This document shows positions 1 through 10,518 of a stretch of 64,000 nt of DNA, one piece after another (the first letter of the stretch is position 1; every line of letters starts with the position of its first letter). Under the pieces are notes generated by a model. The model did not search any database, was not told where the DNA came from, and saw only the letters and a list, made by a program, of their open reading frames with translations. Both the position numbers and the translations under genes were made by a program. The stretch spans positions 137,261 to 201,260 of IMG/VR virus record IMGVR_UViG_3300044645_002359; one strand, 5' to 3'.

Positions 1-2
1 AA

Positions 3-635
3 CCCTGGGATACAACCCCCGGTTCACAAACTGGCCTTGGTTTTACAACCTGGACCAACTTCAACACCGCTTATGGCACCGCAACCGGCCCCGCCGCATG
101 GTCCGCTCTCTCTGCTAACCCCATTGAGGACATTCTGACCCTGAAGCGTGCTGTTGCCAACCAGATCGGCATCCGTCCGAACTCCGCTGTTCTTGGAACC
201 GCTGTTTTCGACCTCTTGCTGACCAACCAAGCGATCCTTGAGCGTATCAAGTATACCTCACCCGACAGCATCGATACAGATGTCATCGCTCGCTACTTCG
301 GTCTTGAGCGTGGCCTGCGCGTAGCCGAAGGTCGTTATTTGGCCGCAGACGGTACCTTGCAACCGGTATTCCCAAGCAACGGTATCCTTCTGTTCTACAG
401 CCCCAACGGCCCCTCTGATTCAATCATGCCTGCCGGTGGCGCTAATGCTGCGACTCCTGCGTTTAGCTACACATACCAGTTGACTGGCACACCCGCTGTC
501 CGTCCTGAGTACTACATTCGCGAACGCCGCGTTGTACGTGCTGAAATCTCAATCGAACGTGTGGTTAACCTAGTTGGCCTCGGTGCAACTGGTCTTATTG
601 GTTCTGGCGCTATGATCACCGACATCCTGTCCTGA
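3..635 (+). CDS. major capsid protein, C-terminal part (lambda gpE-like), 5'-truncated
   Basis: Frame is open from position 3 (PWDTTPG...NPIEDILTLKRAVANQIGIRPNSAVLG...), upstream of the listed 216 start; resembles the gpE-type capsid C-half; C-ending codon bias typical of a highly expressed gene. Confidence 0.7.
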   Translation, partial: PWDTTPGSQTGLGFTTWTNFNTAYGTATGPAAWSALSANPIEDILTLKRAVANQIGIRPNSAVLGTAVFDLLLTNQAILERIKYTSPDSIDTDVIARYFGLERGLRVAEGRYLAADGTLQPVFPSNGILLFYSPNGPSDSIMPAGGANAATPAFSYTYQLTGTPAVRPEYYIRERRVVRAEISIERVVNLVGLGATGLIGSGAMITDILS

Positions 636-662
636 TTAGGAAGGAAATAAAGAGGTGACACC

Positions 663-1106
663 ATGGCAATTCTCAGACCGATTACAAAGGCCCAGTACGA
701 AGTTTCCTTCGTAGCCCCTGACGGCCCCACCCTAATCGCCACGTTTACAAAATTCAGCGGAATCAAAGATTCCTCCGATAGTAGTGATTATGCCAATGGT
801 ACAGGTAACCGTATTTATCACGTTGTAGGCCCCAGAAAGGCAGACAACATCACTCTAACCGCACCGTACGATCCCACGATCTTCAAGCAGTTGGAAATTT
901 ACTGGTTGCAGTACAATTGTAGAGAAATCACAGTTACTATCACTCCAAAAGATTGTGTTGGAAACGGCTCAGCTGCGGCTGGCGGCCAATACACCTGTTA
1001 CGGATGTCAATTCATGTCTATCAATACTGCTGACGTTGACCGTGAAAGCGGCAACGTTCAAGAGATTGAAGTCCAGTTGACAGTGAACTCTTGGGATAGA
1101 ACCTGA
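663..1106 (+). CDS. tail tube protein (T4 gp19-like)
   Basis: 147 aa; FTKFSGI...DYANG...GPRKADNITLTAPYDP...EVQLTV matches the gp19/CIS tube pattern; GAGG RBS. Confidence 0.7.
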   Translation: MAILRPITKAQYEVSFVAPDGPTLIATFTKFSGIKDSSDSSDYANGTGNRIYHVVGPRKADNITLTAPYDPTIFKQLEIYWLQYNCREITVTITPKDCVGNGSAAAGGQYTCYGCQFMSINTADVDRESGNVQEIEVQLTVNSWDRT

Positions 1107-1116
1107 GTCACAAGTG

Positions 1117-1144
1117 AAAGCCCCCTAACCGGGGCTTTTTTTTT
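1117..1144 (+). terminator. rho-independent terminator
   Basis: AAAGCCCC-ctaacc-GGGGCTTT followed by a T-run after the tube gene. Confidence 0.85.
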
Positions 1145-1157
1145 CGGATACCATAAG

Positions 1158-1168
1158 AGGGTAAAACC
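1158..1168 (+). promoter_or_regulatory. putative late promoter box GGGTAAA
   Basis: AGGGTAAAACC; first G of GGG is 36 nt before ATG 1195; recurrent motif. Confidence 0.6.
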
Positions 1169-1194
1169 TTTGTAAGAATAGACCTTTTGTATAG

Positions 1195-1671
1195 ATGGCC
1201 AAAACCCTGTTTTCAAGTGGCGTCATAGTAACAAGTGAGTGGTTAAATGGCGCTAGAAATATAGTATTTGACGGCCAGGACTTAGACTGGCATTACAATC
1301 CCCTGGGTCTGAACTCCCTTGTAACCGTAGGACCTGATGGCTTAGACAGTCGCTACTTGACCTTGAGCACAAGCCAGCCAGGTTTGTCTAGCTCAGGCGA
1401 ATTTTTGACAGGGCAACCCATCTCGGGAGGGAAAGTTGTATCAGGTTCTTGGTCTTTCGGGTTTAATCCCGTAGAAAATCCAACCTTAACACAGAATTAC
1501 GATAACGCCCCTCAGAGCTACCTTACTAATCTCAAGTACGAAAATGCGAACGGGATAGACCCGGCATCCATTGCACAAAAGTTTGCAGCTTTGTCCGATT
1601 CAGACTTGATAACAAAGAAAGTTTTGGTGGAATACCTCAGTACTCTTGTAGTGGACAACGGCGAATACTAA
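1195..1671 (+). CDS. putative baseplate/tail structural protein
   Basis: 158 aa ORF at the head of the baseplate operon; MAKTLFSSGVIVTSEWLN start resembles fibre/wedge N-termini. Confidence 0.45.
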   Translation: MAKTLFSSGVIVTSEWLNGARNIVFDGQDLDWHYNPLGLNSLVTVGPDGLDSRYLTLSTSQPGLSSSGEFLTGQPISGGKVVSGSWSFGFNPVENPTLTQNYDNAPQSYLTNLKYENANGIDPASIAQKFAALSDSDLITKKVLVEYLSTLVVDNGEY

Positions 1672-1683
1672 TCGGAGATCCAA

Positions 1684-4506
1684 ATGCCACGTTATTCACC
1701 ACTACCGTCCGTTTCGATAGACCCCCGAAGTGAAGCAGATTTGGTTCAAGCTGCTGCCCAAACCGTCTACGAAGCCTCTAACAAAACTTTAAATGATTTC
1801 AGTGCAGGCAACCCTCTGGCAGTTCTTTTAGAGGGGCAGGCTTTCGCACAGGGAGAATTTTTGTATTGGGCCAATCAGCTACCAGACAAGATCCTGATTG
1901 AGTGGATAGGACCCTTTTTGGGGGCGATGAGAAGGCTGGGGACCACTTCCACAGCCGAGCTGGTTGTAACAATTCCCCCAACCGGGAGTTCTACAGTAAT
2001 TCCCTCAGGAACGATTTTTTCCACTAACCCTCAACTTACATCTGGAGAAAGTTACGAATTCATATCAAATTTAGACCTGGTTATACCTTCGGGAGAGGCG
2101 ACTGGAAGAGTTCCAGTGTATTCAAGGTTCGTTGGAAGCATATATAATGTTCCTTCAAATTCAATTACAGGGGTTGCTAATACAGGTGCTCTCAATCTTT
2201 CGGCAACCAACCCTCAGCCGTCTGTTGGAGGTAGCGACGTAGAAACTTTCCAAGAAGTACAGGAAAGATTTTTCACCCTTATCCGTAGAAGAAACCCTGT
2301 CAGTGAGTCCGATTGGCAAGACTTTTTCATTGATTTGTACGGGATTGGAACTTTAACTTCGGTTCAACCGAATCGTTCAAATTTTTACGGCTACAACTAC
2401 ACCCAAGATTACACTCTCCCTAATGGACAAGTCTCTTTCTTCGTGTTGGGTCCCAACGGTCAAGAATTAACCACGCAACAATTGTCCTTGGGTCAAAATG
2501 CGGTGAACTTTTCCGTACCCGTTGAAAACCAAGGACATTTATTCCCAATCACCTTGAGTCAAGTACAATACAACTTGACTGTTGAGGTTAACTCAAATGG
2601 ATCGTTCGGCTCAAACTTCAAAGACAGTTCTCTAAATTTTCGCGATAAACTTTTCTCAGTATTGACACCGGGTCAGACTTTTCCAGCCGACATCACACCG
2701 ACAGTAAGTGATATCGACGCCGCTTTTTACTCTACTTTTGATGCGAATACTAGATTTAGAGACCCCTCAATAACAGAGTCTTTAGCGTATAATACTCCAA
2801 ATTCCCTGAGTAAAGAAGCAGCGGTTTATACGAACGTCTATGATTTCACACCCTCAAGTAGTATCTTGAAGCAGAATGACCTTATTGTTGTAAACACCCC
2901 CAACCCAACTTTTTACCCAGTAGAGGCTGATTTCACACCTTATTCTTCCAATAAGTACGATCAGACCGTTTATGGTAATCTTTCCTTAAAGCAGATAAAA
3001 CCCTTGACGTCAGGATCTTACCTCCTTGGCGACATTGTGTATTACGACGGTGCTGGGGACCCGGCTGAACAAGGACTTCATGTTGTCTTAGAAAACCTCA
3101 ACATAGCTTCTTCTTCGGACGTTTTGTCTTCTATAGCAAGCGGAAAAGTGTCTGGGGTTAAAACTTTTTCACCCTGGGTTGTAGGCAACTCTTATGTTTA
3201 CTCCTCGGGAGGAACCATAGACCCTGAGATAGTAGAGTACAATTACTCTTCGGGAGAATTTGTGCCTCTGACTCCTTCTTCTGTTCCCTTAAACAGTCGC
3301 CCAGGAGGGTTCGCCTGGCTGGTTTCACAGAACTTCACTCTCAACCCTTCCACGAATGATATAACTGGGGCCCAGACCGAGGTTTTAATCGGATCCTATA
3401 TTACCCCTCAACAACTAGAGCCTAATTCGTCCTACACCTCTGGCATATGGGTTTGCACTCCCCAAATAGGCGGTGGACCATCACAAGTTGTAGATCCGTA
3501 CTACAACTATGTAGATCTGACCAAAGGGGCCATAGTGAAATATGCTTATGTTGAAGCTAATTTCACCTACACCCCTAACGAATTGACCGTTAGCGAGTAC
3601 TTCAACCTCCTAGTTGATCAAGGAGTGCTGTCGGAAATTCTAGTATTTGAAGGGGATGGCGGTTTGCCTATCTACAAGTACAAAGCTCGGTTTAAAGCGG
3701 GTCAATACTTGCTGTACAAAGAATCCGCGTCCTCTCTACCCACTTACTACATATCTTCCTTATTTTTCACACCAGATAGCACGAACATACAGGACTTACT
3801 AGGGAATGGCTCAGTCTACAATTTGGCGCCGACCCCTGCTCTTCAAGCGCAACTGAACTCTGATTTGGCGGGCTCTTCTCTGAAAAATTTCGATCGGATG
3901 TTCACTTTTTTCCTTGGAGACCGCACTTTTTTCCGGGAAGGCTCAAATGTACAGTCTTACACTGCAACTTCTGCAGTTACACCCTTATTTGACTTTAACA
4001 TTTATTTGAACAATGGAATTTTCGTTGAGTCCGAATCTTTAGGGCAAGCTCTACCTTTAGCTAATGGCTATATCCCGTTTTTTAATCCCGTTTACCTTAA
4101 CACCACTGAAGACACAATTTTAAGCGAGGACGGAAGAAATTACTACAGAGTCATGAAAGCTTTCACACCTTCTACAACGGTGACAAACTGGACTGGAATG
4201 GTGACAAACAACACGTCTAGGTACGAAGAATTCGCGGGCAATTTACTACGTTTTGTAGTCTCCTACCGGTGCGAAGAACCTGTTCTTTCCCAGTACGGAT
4301 TGGAGACTTCTTCAATTAAACTTGGATCTTGTCAGATAACCATCATACCCAGAAACACTGGCAGGAACTTTAGTTCCTCACCGAACTTAGTCTACGTCTG
4401 GGAGAATGCCTCAACCTTGAGCGAAGTACCCGATCTTTCCTGGTATACAGGAACCACTTTTGAATATAGCCCACCCAACTACGGTGAAGGAACGTTGGCC
4501 CTATGA
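1684..4506 (+). CDS. baseplate wedge protein (baseplate J / gp6-like) with long C-terminal extension
   Basis: N-terminal DFSAGNPLAVLLE...IPSGTIFST...ATNPQPSVGGSDVET...RFFTLIRRR is a Baseplate_J pattern; 940 aa. Confidence 0.75.
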   Translation: MPRYSPLPSVSIDPRSEADLVQAAAQTVYEASNKTLNDFSAGNPLAVLLEGQAFAQGEFLYWANQLPDKILIEWIGPFLGAMRRLGTTSTAELVVTIPPTGSSTVIPSGTIFSTNPQLTSGESYEFISNLDLVIPSGEATGRVPVYSRFVGSIYNVPSNSITGVANTGALNLSATNPQPSVGGSDVETFQEVQERFFTLIRRRNPVSESDWQDFFIDLYGIGTLTSVQPNRSNFYGYNYTQDYTLPNGQVSFFVLGPNGQELTTQQLSLGQNAVNFSVPVENQGHLFPITLSQVQYNLTVEVNSNGSFGSNFKDSSLNFRDKLFSVLTPGQTFPADITPTVSDIDAAFYSTFDANTRFRDPSITESLAYNTPNSLSKEAAVYTNVYDFTPSSSILKQNDLIVVNTPNPTFYPVEADFTPYSSNKYDQTVYGNLSLKQIKPLTSGSYLLGDIVYYDGAGDPAEQGLHVVLENLNIASSSDVLSSIASGKVSGVKTFSPWVVGNSYVYSSGGTIDPEIVEYNYSSGEFVPLTPSSVPLNSRPGGFAWLVSQNFTLNPSTNDITGAQTEVLIGSYITPQQLEPNSSYTSGIWVCTPQIGGGPSQVVDPYYNYVDLTKGAIVKYAYVEANFTYTPNELTVSEYFNLLVDQGVLSEILVFEGDGGLPIYKYKARFKAGQYLLYKESASSLPTYYISSLFFTPDSTNIQDLLGNGSVYNLAPTPALQAQLNSDLAGSSLKNFDRMFTFFLGDRTFFREGSNVQSYTATSAVTPLFDFNIYLNNGIFVESESLGQALPLANGYIPFFNPVYLNTTEDTILSEDGRNYYRVMKAFTPSTTVTNWTGMVTNNTSRYEEFAGNLLRFVVSYRCEEPVLSQYGLETSSIKLGSCQITIIPRNTGRNFSSSPNLVYVWENASTLSEVPDLSWYTGTTFEYSPPNYGEGTLAL

Positions 4507-5777
4507 GTCAAAACTTAGTTGCATTAAATGGTGGAAGAAACCAAATTGAAACCTCTTCCACTTTTCAACAAGGTGTAAACCTATCACGACAGTATGTTGA
4601 CACCCTAGGGTTAAACCCTCAGCCCACTGAGTGGGTTCTGGGGGGCAGACCTATCTATGGACGATTACCTTCTGCCTCACAAGTCTATAAACTAGACTTT
4701 GGGCTTGACGATGACTCCGCTTACGCTTACGTTCCCGTGGGAAGCAGCTCCTTCGGAAAAGGTTCTCTCCAGGTTCAGTCTTCTGGAGACAATAAATTCT
4801 TAACCATACAGTCCGGTGAAATTGTTTGGAAGTACGGAAATTTAGCAGCAAACCCGGTTATCATATCTCTAGAAGAAATGGGAATGATAAGCACGAAGTA
4901 CCTTTTAGCTTATCAACTCTACTATGACGATTCCCCCTTTGTCGCTGAATATTCAGTTGAAAACTTTTCCTTATCCGGGTATGAATTGAGTGTGAGTAGC
5001 AGTACAGATGTGGTAGAAGGTTGGAGGTACACCCCTGTCTTCGCATTCACGGATCTTGAGTCTCAAACTTGGAGAAATTACGACGGTCTCTTCCCTTCTT
5101 ACTCCAGTGAAGCTTTTCTCTCTTGGCAGAGTCCTTACCCTGCCGCTTATTCCGACCTCACCTTAAGATGCCCTGCGAATTCTTCTGTAACAGGAACAGC
5201 TTCCCTGTACTATATGACTTGTCCCAATCCCGTGGAAGGGGAGACTTACTGTTCGAGCCCCGAATGGATTCTGCAAGGAACTACGAATGTTGAGTCTGAC
5301 ACCGACGGGCAATACTTTAAGTTTTCTTTCCCCCAGCCTTCATACCGCTACGGTTGGAAAGTCGTGTGGTCCGACATTAAAGTTACAATAAATAGAGTAC
5401 TCGTAAGCGGCGTTCTCTCTCTGCTAAGGAAACCTGCAACGGCGACAAGTTTTTTCCGCTTAATCGCCTACCCCGAAAATAGCGTCCCTAAGACTGTGAA
5501 GAATGCCATAGGAATTGAAGTTCCGACCACGTTATGCAAACTCGCTTACGTGGACATAAATGGAGCATATGAAGTTGAGAAGATAACTGACCTTAGAGAA
5601 ATAGTTCACACAGACTATCAACCTGTAGCTGACTGGTTGACTAAGGGATTTGACGAAAATTTGATCAACTTATTTTCACAAGTTAAAGAGTACCCTACCC
5701 TTTGGATGAGCCCCACCGAGTGCATGGTACAAGAATACCTCTCTTTGGAAGAGAAGTTGATTACAGTGGAGAAATGA
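4503..5777 (+). CDS. putative baseplate wedge protein
   Basis: 424 aa, ATGA overlap with the baseplate-J gene, beta-rich composition. Confidence 0.45.
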   Translation: MSQNLVALNGGRNQIETSSTFQQGVNLSRQYVDTLGLNPQPTEWVLGGRPIYGRLPSASQVYKLDFGLDDDSAYAYVPVGSSSFGKGSLQVQSSGDNKFLTIQSGEIVWKYGNLAANPVIISLEEMGMISTKYLLAYQLYYDDSPFVAEYSVENFSLSGYELSVSSSTDVVEGWRYTPVFAFTDLESQTWRNYDGLFPSYSSEAFLSWQSPYPAAYSDLTLRCPANSSVTGTASLYYMTCPNPVEGETYCSSPEWILQGTTNVESDTDGQYFKFSFPQPSYRYGWKVVWSDIKVTINRVLVSGVLSLLRKPATATSFFRLIAYPENSVPKTVKNAIGIEVPTTLCKLAYVDINGAYEVEKITDLREIVHTDYQPVADWLTKGFDENLINLFSQVKEYPTLWMSPTECMVQEYLSLEEKLITVEK

Positions 5778-5778
5778 A

Positions 5779-8616
5779 ATGACAGAGATTAAGCCCACAT
5801 TCAACGTAGAAGAGTTTGAAAATTACGGAAACACAAACTTTTTCCTGACCGCCGACCAATTAAACTCAGTAGCCCTAACAGAGAGTAGAGTAAATGAGCA
5901 ACTTGATTGGCTGGCACAATTGCTCGGGTGGAGCGGTCCTAACTACTGGAACAATCTTGTTTCGTCTGTTTCTCAGAAGAGGGGTCTACAAACCGGCACT
6001 TTCGGTGTGTATGACGGATATCTGTACCCCGAGATAGTTGAGGTCCGAAACTGGGAAAACAAAGTAATTGTGAAGGCAGACACGAGAATTCAGGTTGGTC
6101 AAACTTTCTACTTAGGAGATTACTCATACATCCTGTTGGGAATGAGCCAAGCTGGGGGGAATTACAGCTTGGACTTTGGAACTTTAACTGAGCAATTTTA
6201 CACCGATCTTTCCGGAAATGAGCAGCTCAAAGTAATCGCCCCGAAATCTCTTCCAAGCCCCTTCTACCGCCCAGAGCCAGGAGTATCAGCTAACGCCTCT
6301 TTTATTTGCGAGATTCAAGGTTCCAATCTCGTTTTGTTCCCCGACTATAACACCGAAAGAACACTACCCTACAAGTTTAACACTTTCGTTGCCGGAGGTA
6401 GATACTACTTTAACCTGCCTGTAACTCTCAGCAGTGATACGGTATCGCTTTCGCCTGCATACGACTTTTCCAGAGAACTATGGTACCTTAACATCCCTCT
6501 TAACTTGACAACAGATGAGTTAGGTTTGGAGGGTGCTCTTTCCTATGAAGGTTCAACTTTATTGGTTAGGGTATCTCCTTGGACGAACCCCTCAGATTGG
6601 GGAAATTATGATAAAATAAATAACTTCCGAGGGGTTTGGTCGAACAAGGGAGGTAAGTTGCCTTTTCACTTCGTCTTCGACGCTCTTAGCATACATGGAT
6701 TCAACGAAAGAGTTTCTCTTTGGTTGGGCAACGTTGAAAGATCAATAAAGTTTGATGAGCTCCTTGACTTCGTATACTATCAGACGGTTCCAATATCACC
6801 TGGAGAGCCAGATTTAGGGTACGGTAAAGTATGGTGGAACAGCCAATCCGGAAGTTTTTCGGTCTTTCTAGGGGATCCATTAAATTGCGGTCCGTGGGCT
6901 GAAGTGAACTACCCAGAGTTCCCTGAATTTGGACCCTTTCCTGACTTCGTTTTCCCGGATGTTTCAAGCTTTTCAACCTATACCGGAGATATACCAGAAG
7001 GGTGTCTTGTTACAATTTTAGACTTGTCAGGTTTGGACCCTTCCTTGGGAATTGAGGGTTTAACGCAGACTTTACTTGGTCCAGGACAGATAGAGATGTT
7101 CAGAAAAGAAAGTTCCGAATATTGGACACCTTATTTCATAGCATTCAACTTAGAAAGTGACTTTTCAGTGAACGCTGAGCTCTTGCCTTCTAGAACGCCT
7201 GTGAAACTCTTAGATTCCACGGGTTTGTCTCCCACAGGTGTTAATTATTCTGTTTCCAACCTGAGCCTTGCTGTGTCTGAGTCCTACCCTCTTCTCCTTA
7301 TGAAGGGTACTTCCGAGGGCTCTTGGTACATATCTCCCCCTTCAGACCTCAAATATATCGGAAATACGAGACTATTCGAAAGTTCTCAAGACTACGAAAA
7401 ACCGGTCGACGGGGAGATGAACTGGGACTTTTCAAACCCAGATCCAAAAACAAGACTTGCACGAGTTTTTTACTACAACCGCTGGGAACAAGACCTATTA
7501 ACGAGCGAATGGACATTAGCAGGGGACTGGGTTGGGGTGAATGATGGGACATCTTCTTCGTCGGTTCCAGAGGTTGTAGACTTTGGAGCCATACTAGTTT
7601 ACTGTAACGGGGAACTTCTCTCAGAAGGGGAATCCCTTAGACTACCAAATTTTCAGTTTAGTTTTGAAGTGGACCCCGGTACAGGGATTTTCAATTTCCT
7701 GTATGTGCCCTTGAACTACAACGGCTGCGTAAATCTACCGAAAATAACCGTATCGGACTCACTAACTTCTGCGTTTAAGTTCGATATCTCTAACCTGGTG
7801 TTCAGCGGTTTAACTTACTACATGTCACCAAATGTAGTAGACAGCGAAACTCTACTTAGGTTGTGGAAAAGTGAGCCACTTCACGTTGTTGATTCAATCA
7901 GTGAGCTTGAACTCTTAAGAAACTCTAACCCCTTGAGAGCAGATGTGAACCAAGGTCCTGGTGACATAAACTGGGAGAGATACTTCGTGCGTCTTCCTCC
8001 CGCTTATGGGAGAAATGGAAAAGAATGGCAAAAGGTTAACCTTATATGCCAGGACTTCGGTTACTGGGGTTCTTCTATAAGTCCCGAGAAAATGGCTTGT
8101 CCCTCTGAGCTAGCAGAGCCTAGAATCTACGAACAGGTAGTTCTTTACGGAGAAAGAGTAGACTCTCCTTCTTACTTATATTCTGAGCCTTACTTATACT
8201 CAGACGTTATGTATGACTTTGGAAATTCAGGCGACTACAACAATTCAGATATTGTCCCTGGCTTCGACAGGCCCTATGACGACTTTGACGAAGCAGAGCT
8301 TGTGAATTACAACCCTTTGCATAACCGCCAAGCAAATACTTCCTCCACAGGTACTGGCTACGGGGATTGGGAAGGAATTTACCTGCGCTCTCAAGCTTGC
8401 TCAAGTCTGAGTGGTTTCCTCGTTAACGATCTAAGCGACGGTTCTTTAGAGTCTTTACCGGCACCTGTGTGGGATGCAAGTATTTATAAGTGCCCCCCTC
8501 TCTGTATAGACGGGAAGGCATCGTCTACAGTCGACTCAAATCATTTCAAGATAGGGTACTCTTTCTTCGCCGCCGATCTTTCAGCCGCAGAAGAAGGGTG
8601 TTTTGACTTTGAGTAG
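5779..8616 (+). CDS. large virion structural protein (baseplate-associated)
   Basis: 945 aa; EQLDWLAQLLGW near the N-terminus resembles P2 gpI-like wedge motifs; operon context. Confidence 0.45.
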   Translation: MTEIKPTFNVEEFENYGNTNFFLTADQLNSVALTESRVNEQLDWLAQLLGWSGPNYWNNLVSSVSQKRGLQTGTFGVYDGYLYPEIVEVRNWENKVIVKADTRIQVGQTFYLGDYSYILLGMSQAGGNYSLDFGTLTEQFYTDLSGNEQLKVIAPKSLPSPFYRPEPGVSANASFICEIQGSNLVLFPDYNTERTLPYKFNTFVAGGRYYFNLPVTLSSDTVSLSPAYDFSRELWYLNIPLNLTTDELGLEGALSYEGSTLLVRVSPWTNPSDWGNYDKINNFRGVWSNKGGKLPFHFVFDALSIHGFNERVSLWLGNVERSIKFDELLDFVYYQTVPISPGEPDLGYGKVWWNSQSGSFSVFLGDPLNCGPWAEVNYPEFPEFGPFPDFVFPDVSSFSTYTGDIPEGCLVTILDLSGLDPSLGIEGLTQTLLGPGQIEMFRKESSEYWTPYFIAFNLESDFSVNAELLPSRTPVKLLDSTGLSPTGVNYSVSNLSLAVSESYPLLLMKGTSEGSWYISPPSDLKYIGNTRLFESSQDYEKPVDGEMNWDFSNPDPKTRLARVFYYNRWEQDLLTSEWTLAGDWVGVNDGTSSSSVPEVVDFGAILVYCNGELLSEGESLRLPNFQFSFEVDPGTGIFNFLYVPLNYNGCVNLPKITVSDSLTSAFKFDISNLVFSGLTYYMSPNVVDSETLLRLWKSEPLHVVDSISELELLRNSNPLRADVNQGPGDINWERYFVRLPPAYGRNGKEWQKVNLICQDFGYWGSSISPEKMACPSELAEPRIYEQVVLYGERVDSPSYLYSEPYLYSDVMYDFGNSGDYNNSDIVPGFDRPYDDFDEAELVNYNPLHNRQANTSSTGTGYGDWEGIYLRSQACSSLSGFLVNDLSDGSLESLPAPVWDASIYKCPPLCIDGKASSTVDSNHFKIGYSFFAADLSAAEEGCFDFE

Positions 8617-8617
8617 G

Positions 8618-8628
8618 CGGGTAAAATT
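8618..8628 (+). promoter_or_regulatory. putative late promoter box
   Basis: CGGGTAAAATT; GGG 29 nt before ATG 8648. Confidence 0.55.
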
Positions 8629-8647
8629 CTTTAGCTAAGAAACTAAA

Positions 8648-8950
8648 ATGACAACGAGAAAGAAAAAAGTGTTTTCCGACATTGAGAGTCTAGAACAAGG
8701 CTTAACAGAAGAGATTCTTGAAGAAAGTTTTTCATTACCCTCCTTAGAAGATTTCTCGGAGACCCCTGTAGAAAAGGAAGAGGAGCCAGAACCTATTGAA
8801 AAGGTGAAGGAAGTAACCGAAGAAGTGAAAGCTGAGGTTATTGAACAAGAACCCGAAGGGCAACCTGTTCAAGTGAGACCGAGACCGGCTGCTCCAGCTA
8901 AACGGATCCCTTCCAAAAACACTCCGAAACTTTCTGCTAAACTTAGGTAA
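8648..8950 (+). CDS. hypothetical acidic/Pro-rich protein
   Basis: 100 aa ORF directly after the promoter box; Glu-rich N-half, basic C-end. Confidence 0.55.
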   Translation: MTTRKKKVFSDIESLEQGLTEEILEESFSLPSLEDFSETPVEKEEEPEPIEKVKEVTEEVKAEVIEQEPEGQPVQVRPRPAAPAKRIPSKNTPKLSAKLR

Positions 8951-8953
8951 ACT

Positions 8954-10150
8954 ATGAGCCACAGCCTTAGGAACCAACCCTGGATCCGCCAACAGGCGGA
9001 GATGATGAAGGCACACGAAGCGAATGCAAGATATGCTGGTTCACCACGAGGTACAGTCCGAGGTACGATCGTAAGTGTCGACGATCCAGAGGATCTAGGA
9101 AGGGTCAAAGTTTTGTTTGATGCTATGAATCCGAAAGATCTTCCGCCCGTAGAAGGTGCTGGCGAATTCTCTCTGCCCCGTCCTGGAGAATCAAACAACT
9201 TCTCTCATTGGCTAGACGTATCTCCTGCATTCAAGGGAAAGCAGCCGAAATCCCTTGAGGGGAAAAGGGTTAATATAGCTTTGAGTAACGGTGAATATCA
9301 TTACGCTGTACTCCAAGACGTTCTTTACGACCCCCAGAATCTGACTGAAAGTTCGCAAAGAAACTACGAAATTCCTAGCAACAGTACAATGACACGCTTA
9401 CCTGTGTATGAGGCAGGATCACTGCCCCTTGCTTGTAAGGAAAACCATGGGTGTTCAGTCATAGAAGAAGGCGGTCCGATGAACTCAGACTGGGTTTGCG
9501 TTTGTCTTAAGAGGGACGGTAAATACATTTGGGTTCGCCACGCCGACTTGGCGCATGGGCATGCCGGAGGCAACGATGTAACCTCCCAAGTGGATTCTTC
9601 GGGAAATCGGGCAAGTCCTGGGCAAATGGCAGCGACTTACGATCACGTTTTCGTAACTAGCCACCAGGAGATGAAAAAAGAAGGAAGAACAGGGTATTCA
9701 ACTGCTCCGGCAGGCAACCCTTGGGGTGTAGATTGCCGCTGGACCCCTGCCCCAGGAAGCGAAGCTAAGGCTCTTGACTTCGTGGAAGGCCCACTGTTCA
9801 GCCAAGACACTGCTCTGACGTATGCGAGAAATTCAGGGTTCATAGACAATATAACAGGGTCATTCATAACTACCTACGCGCCGGAAATATCGGCAGTGGT
9901 GGAAAGCGTTCCTGGTTCTACTTTCGTTCAAAGGGCGGTAAAGGAAGCTCAAAAGGTTCTGAAAATAGCAGAGAATTTAAGAAAGATAATAGCAAATCCT
10001 ACTTCTTTTGTTATCAGCGCGGCGGAAAGTTCTCTCTCTTCTTACGCCCCTGGTGCAACGAAGTTCGTTCTTTCAACGCTTCAGAACCCTGCTGCGACAA
10101 TAAAAACTGTTTTCTCGAAACTACCTTCATTACCCAATCCATTCAAATGA
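8954..10150 (+). CDS. baseplate central spike protein (gp5/gpV OB-fold N-terminus)
   Basis: VRGTIVSVDDPEDLGRVKVLFD...SHWLDV is the typical gp5/VgrG OB-fold start. Confidence 0.7.
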   Translation: MSHSLRNQPWIRQQAEMMKAHEANARYAGSPRGTVRGTIVSVDDPEDLGRVKVLFDAMNPKDLPPVEGAGEFSLPRPGESNNFSHWLDVSPAFKGKQPKSLEGKRVNIALSNGEYHYAVLQDVLYDPQNLTESSQRNYEIPSNSTMTRLPVYEAGSLPLACKENHGCSVIEEGGPMNSDWVCVCLKRDGKYIWVRHADLAHGHAGGNDVTSQVDSSGNRASPGQMAATYDHVFVTSHQEMKKEGRTGYSTAPAGNPWGVDCRWTPAPGSEAKALDFVEGPLFSQDTALTYARNSGFIDNITGSFITTYAPEISAVVESVPGSTFVQRAVKEAQKVLKIAENLRKIIANPTSFVISAAESSLSSYAPGATKFVLSTLQNPAATIKTVFSKLPSLPNPFK

Positions 10151-10518
10151 CTTTTACAGAAGATTACGACCCTGGTTTCATAAATTCACCTGGTTTTGGT
10201 CAAAGTGCTACAAATCCTTTGGCTCCCGTTTTCTACCAATCTTTGGGAGTTGTTGAGAGCTTGTCTGTTTATGACTCCATCTACGCAGCAAACTCTATAA
10301 AAGCCAACGTTTCCTTTTCCATCGGGAATAGTTTGTTGTCCCAAAGGGGTTTCACGGTTGCGGTTCCTACAACTTTCCTGGATACCGTGACTTGCGACAA
10401 AGATGTAAGAGTTAATGCAATAACCAACACAGACAGGTTAATAGTTGATGGGAAGGAGTATAGAGAAGGAGTTATTGTTGGAAGGAACGGAACTTTTCGT
10501 GTTTTGGTGCAAATCTAA
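10147..10518 (+). CDS. hypothetical structural protein
   Basis: 123 aa, ATGA-coupled to the spike gene, beta-strand-rich C-half. Confidence 0.5.
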   Translation: MTFTEDYDPGFINSPGFGQSATNPLAPVFYQSLGVVESLSVYDSIYAANSIKANVSFSIGNSLLSQRGFTVAVPTTFLDTVTCDKDVRVNAITNTDRLIVDGKEYREGVIVGRNGTFRVLVQI

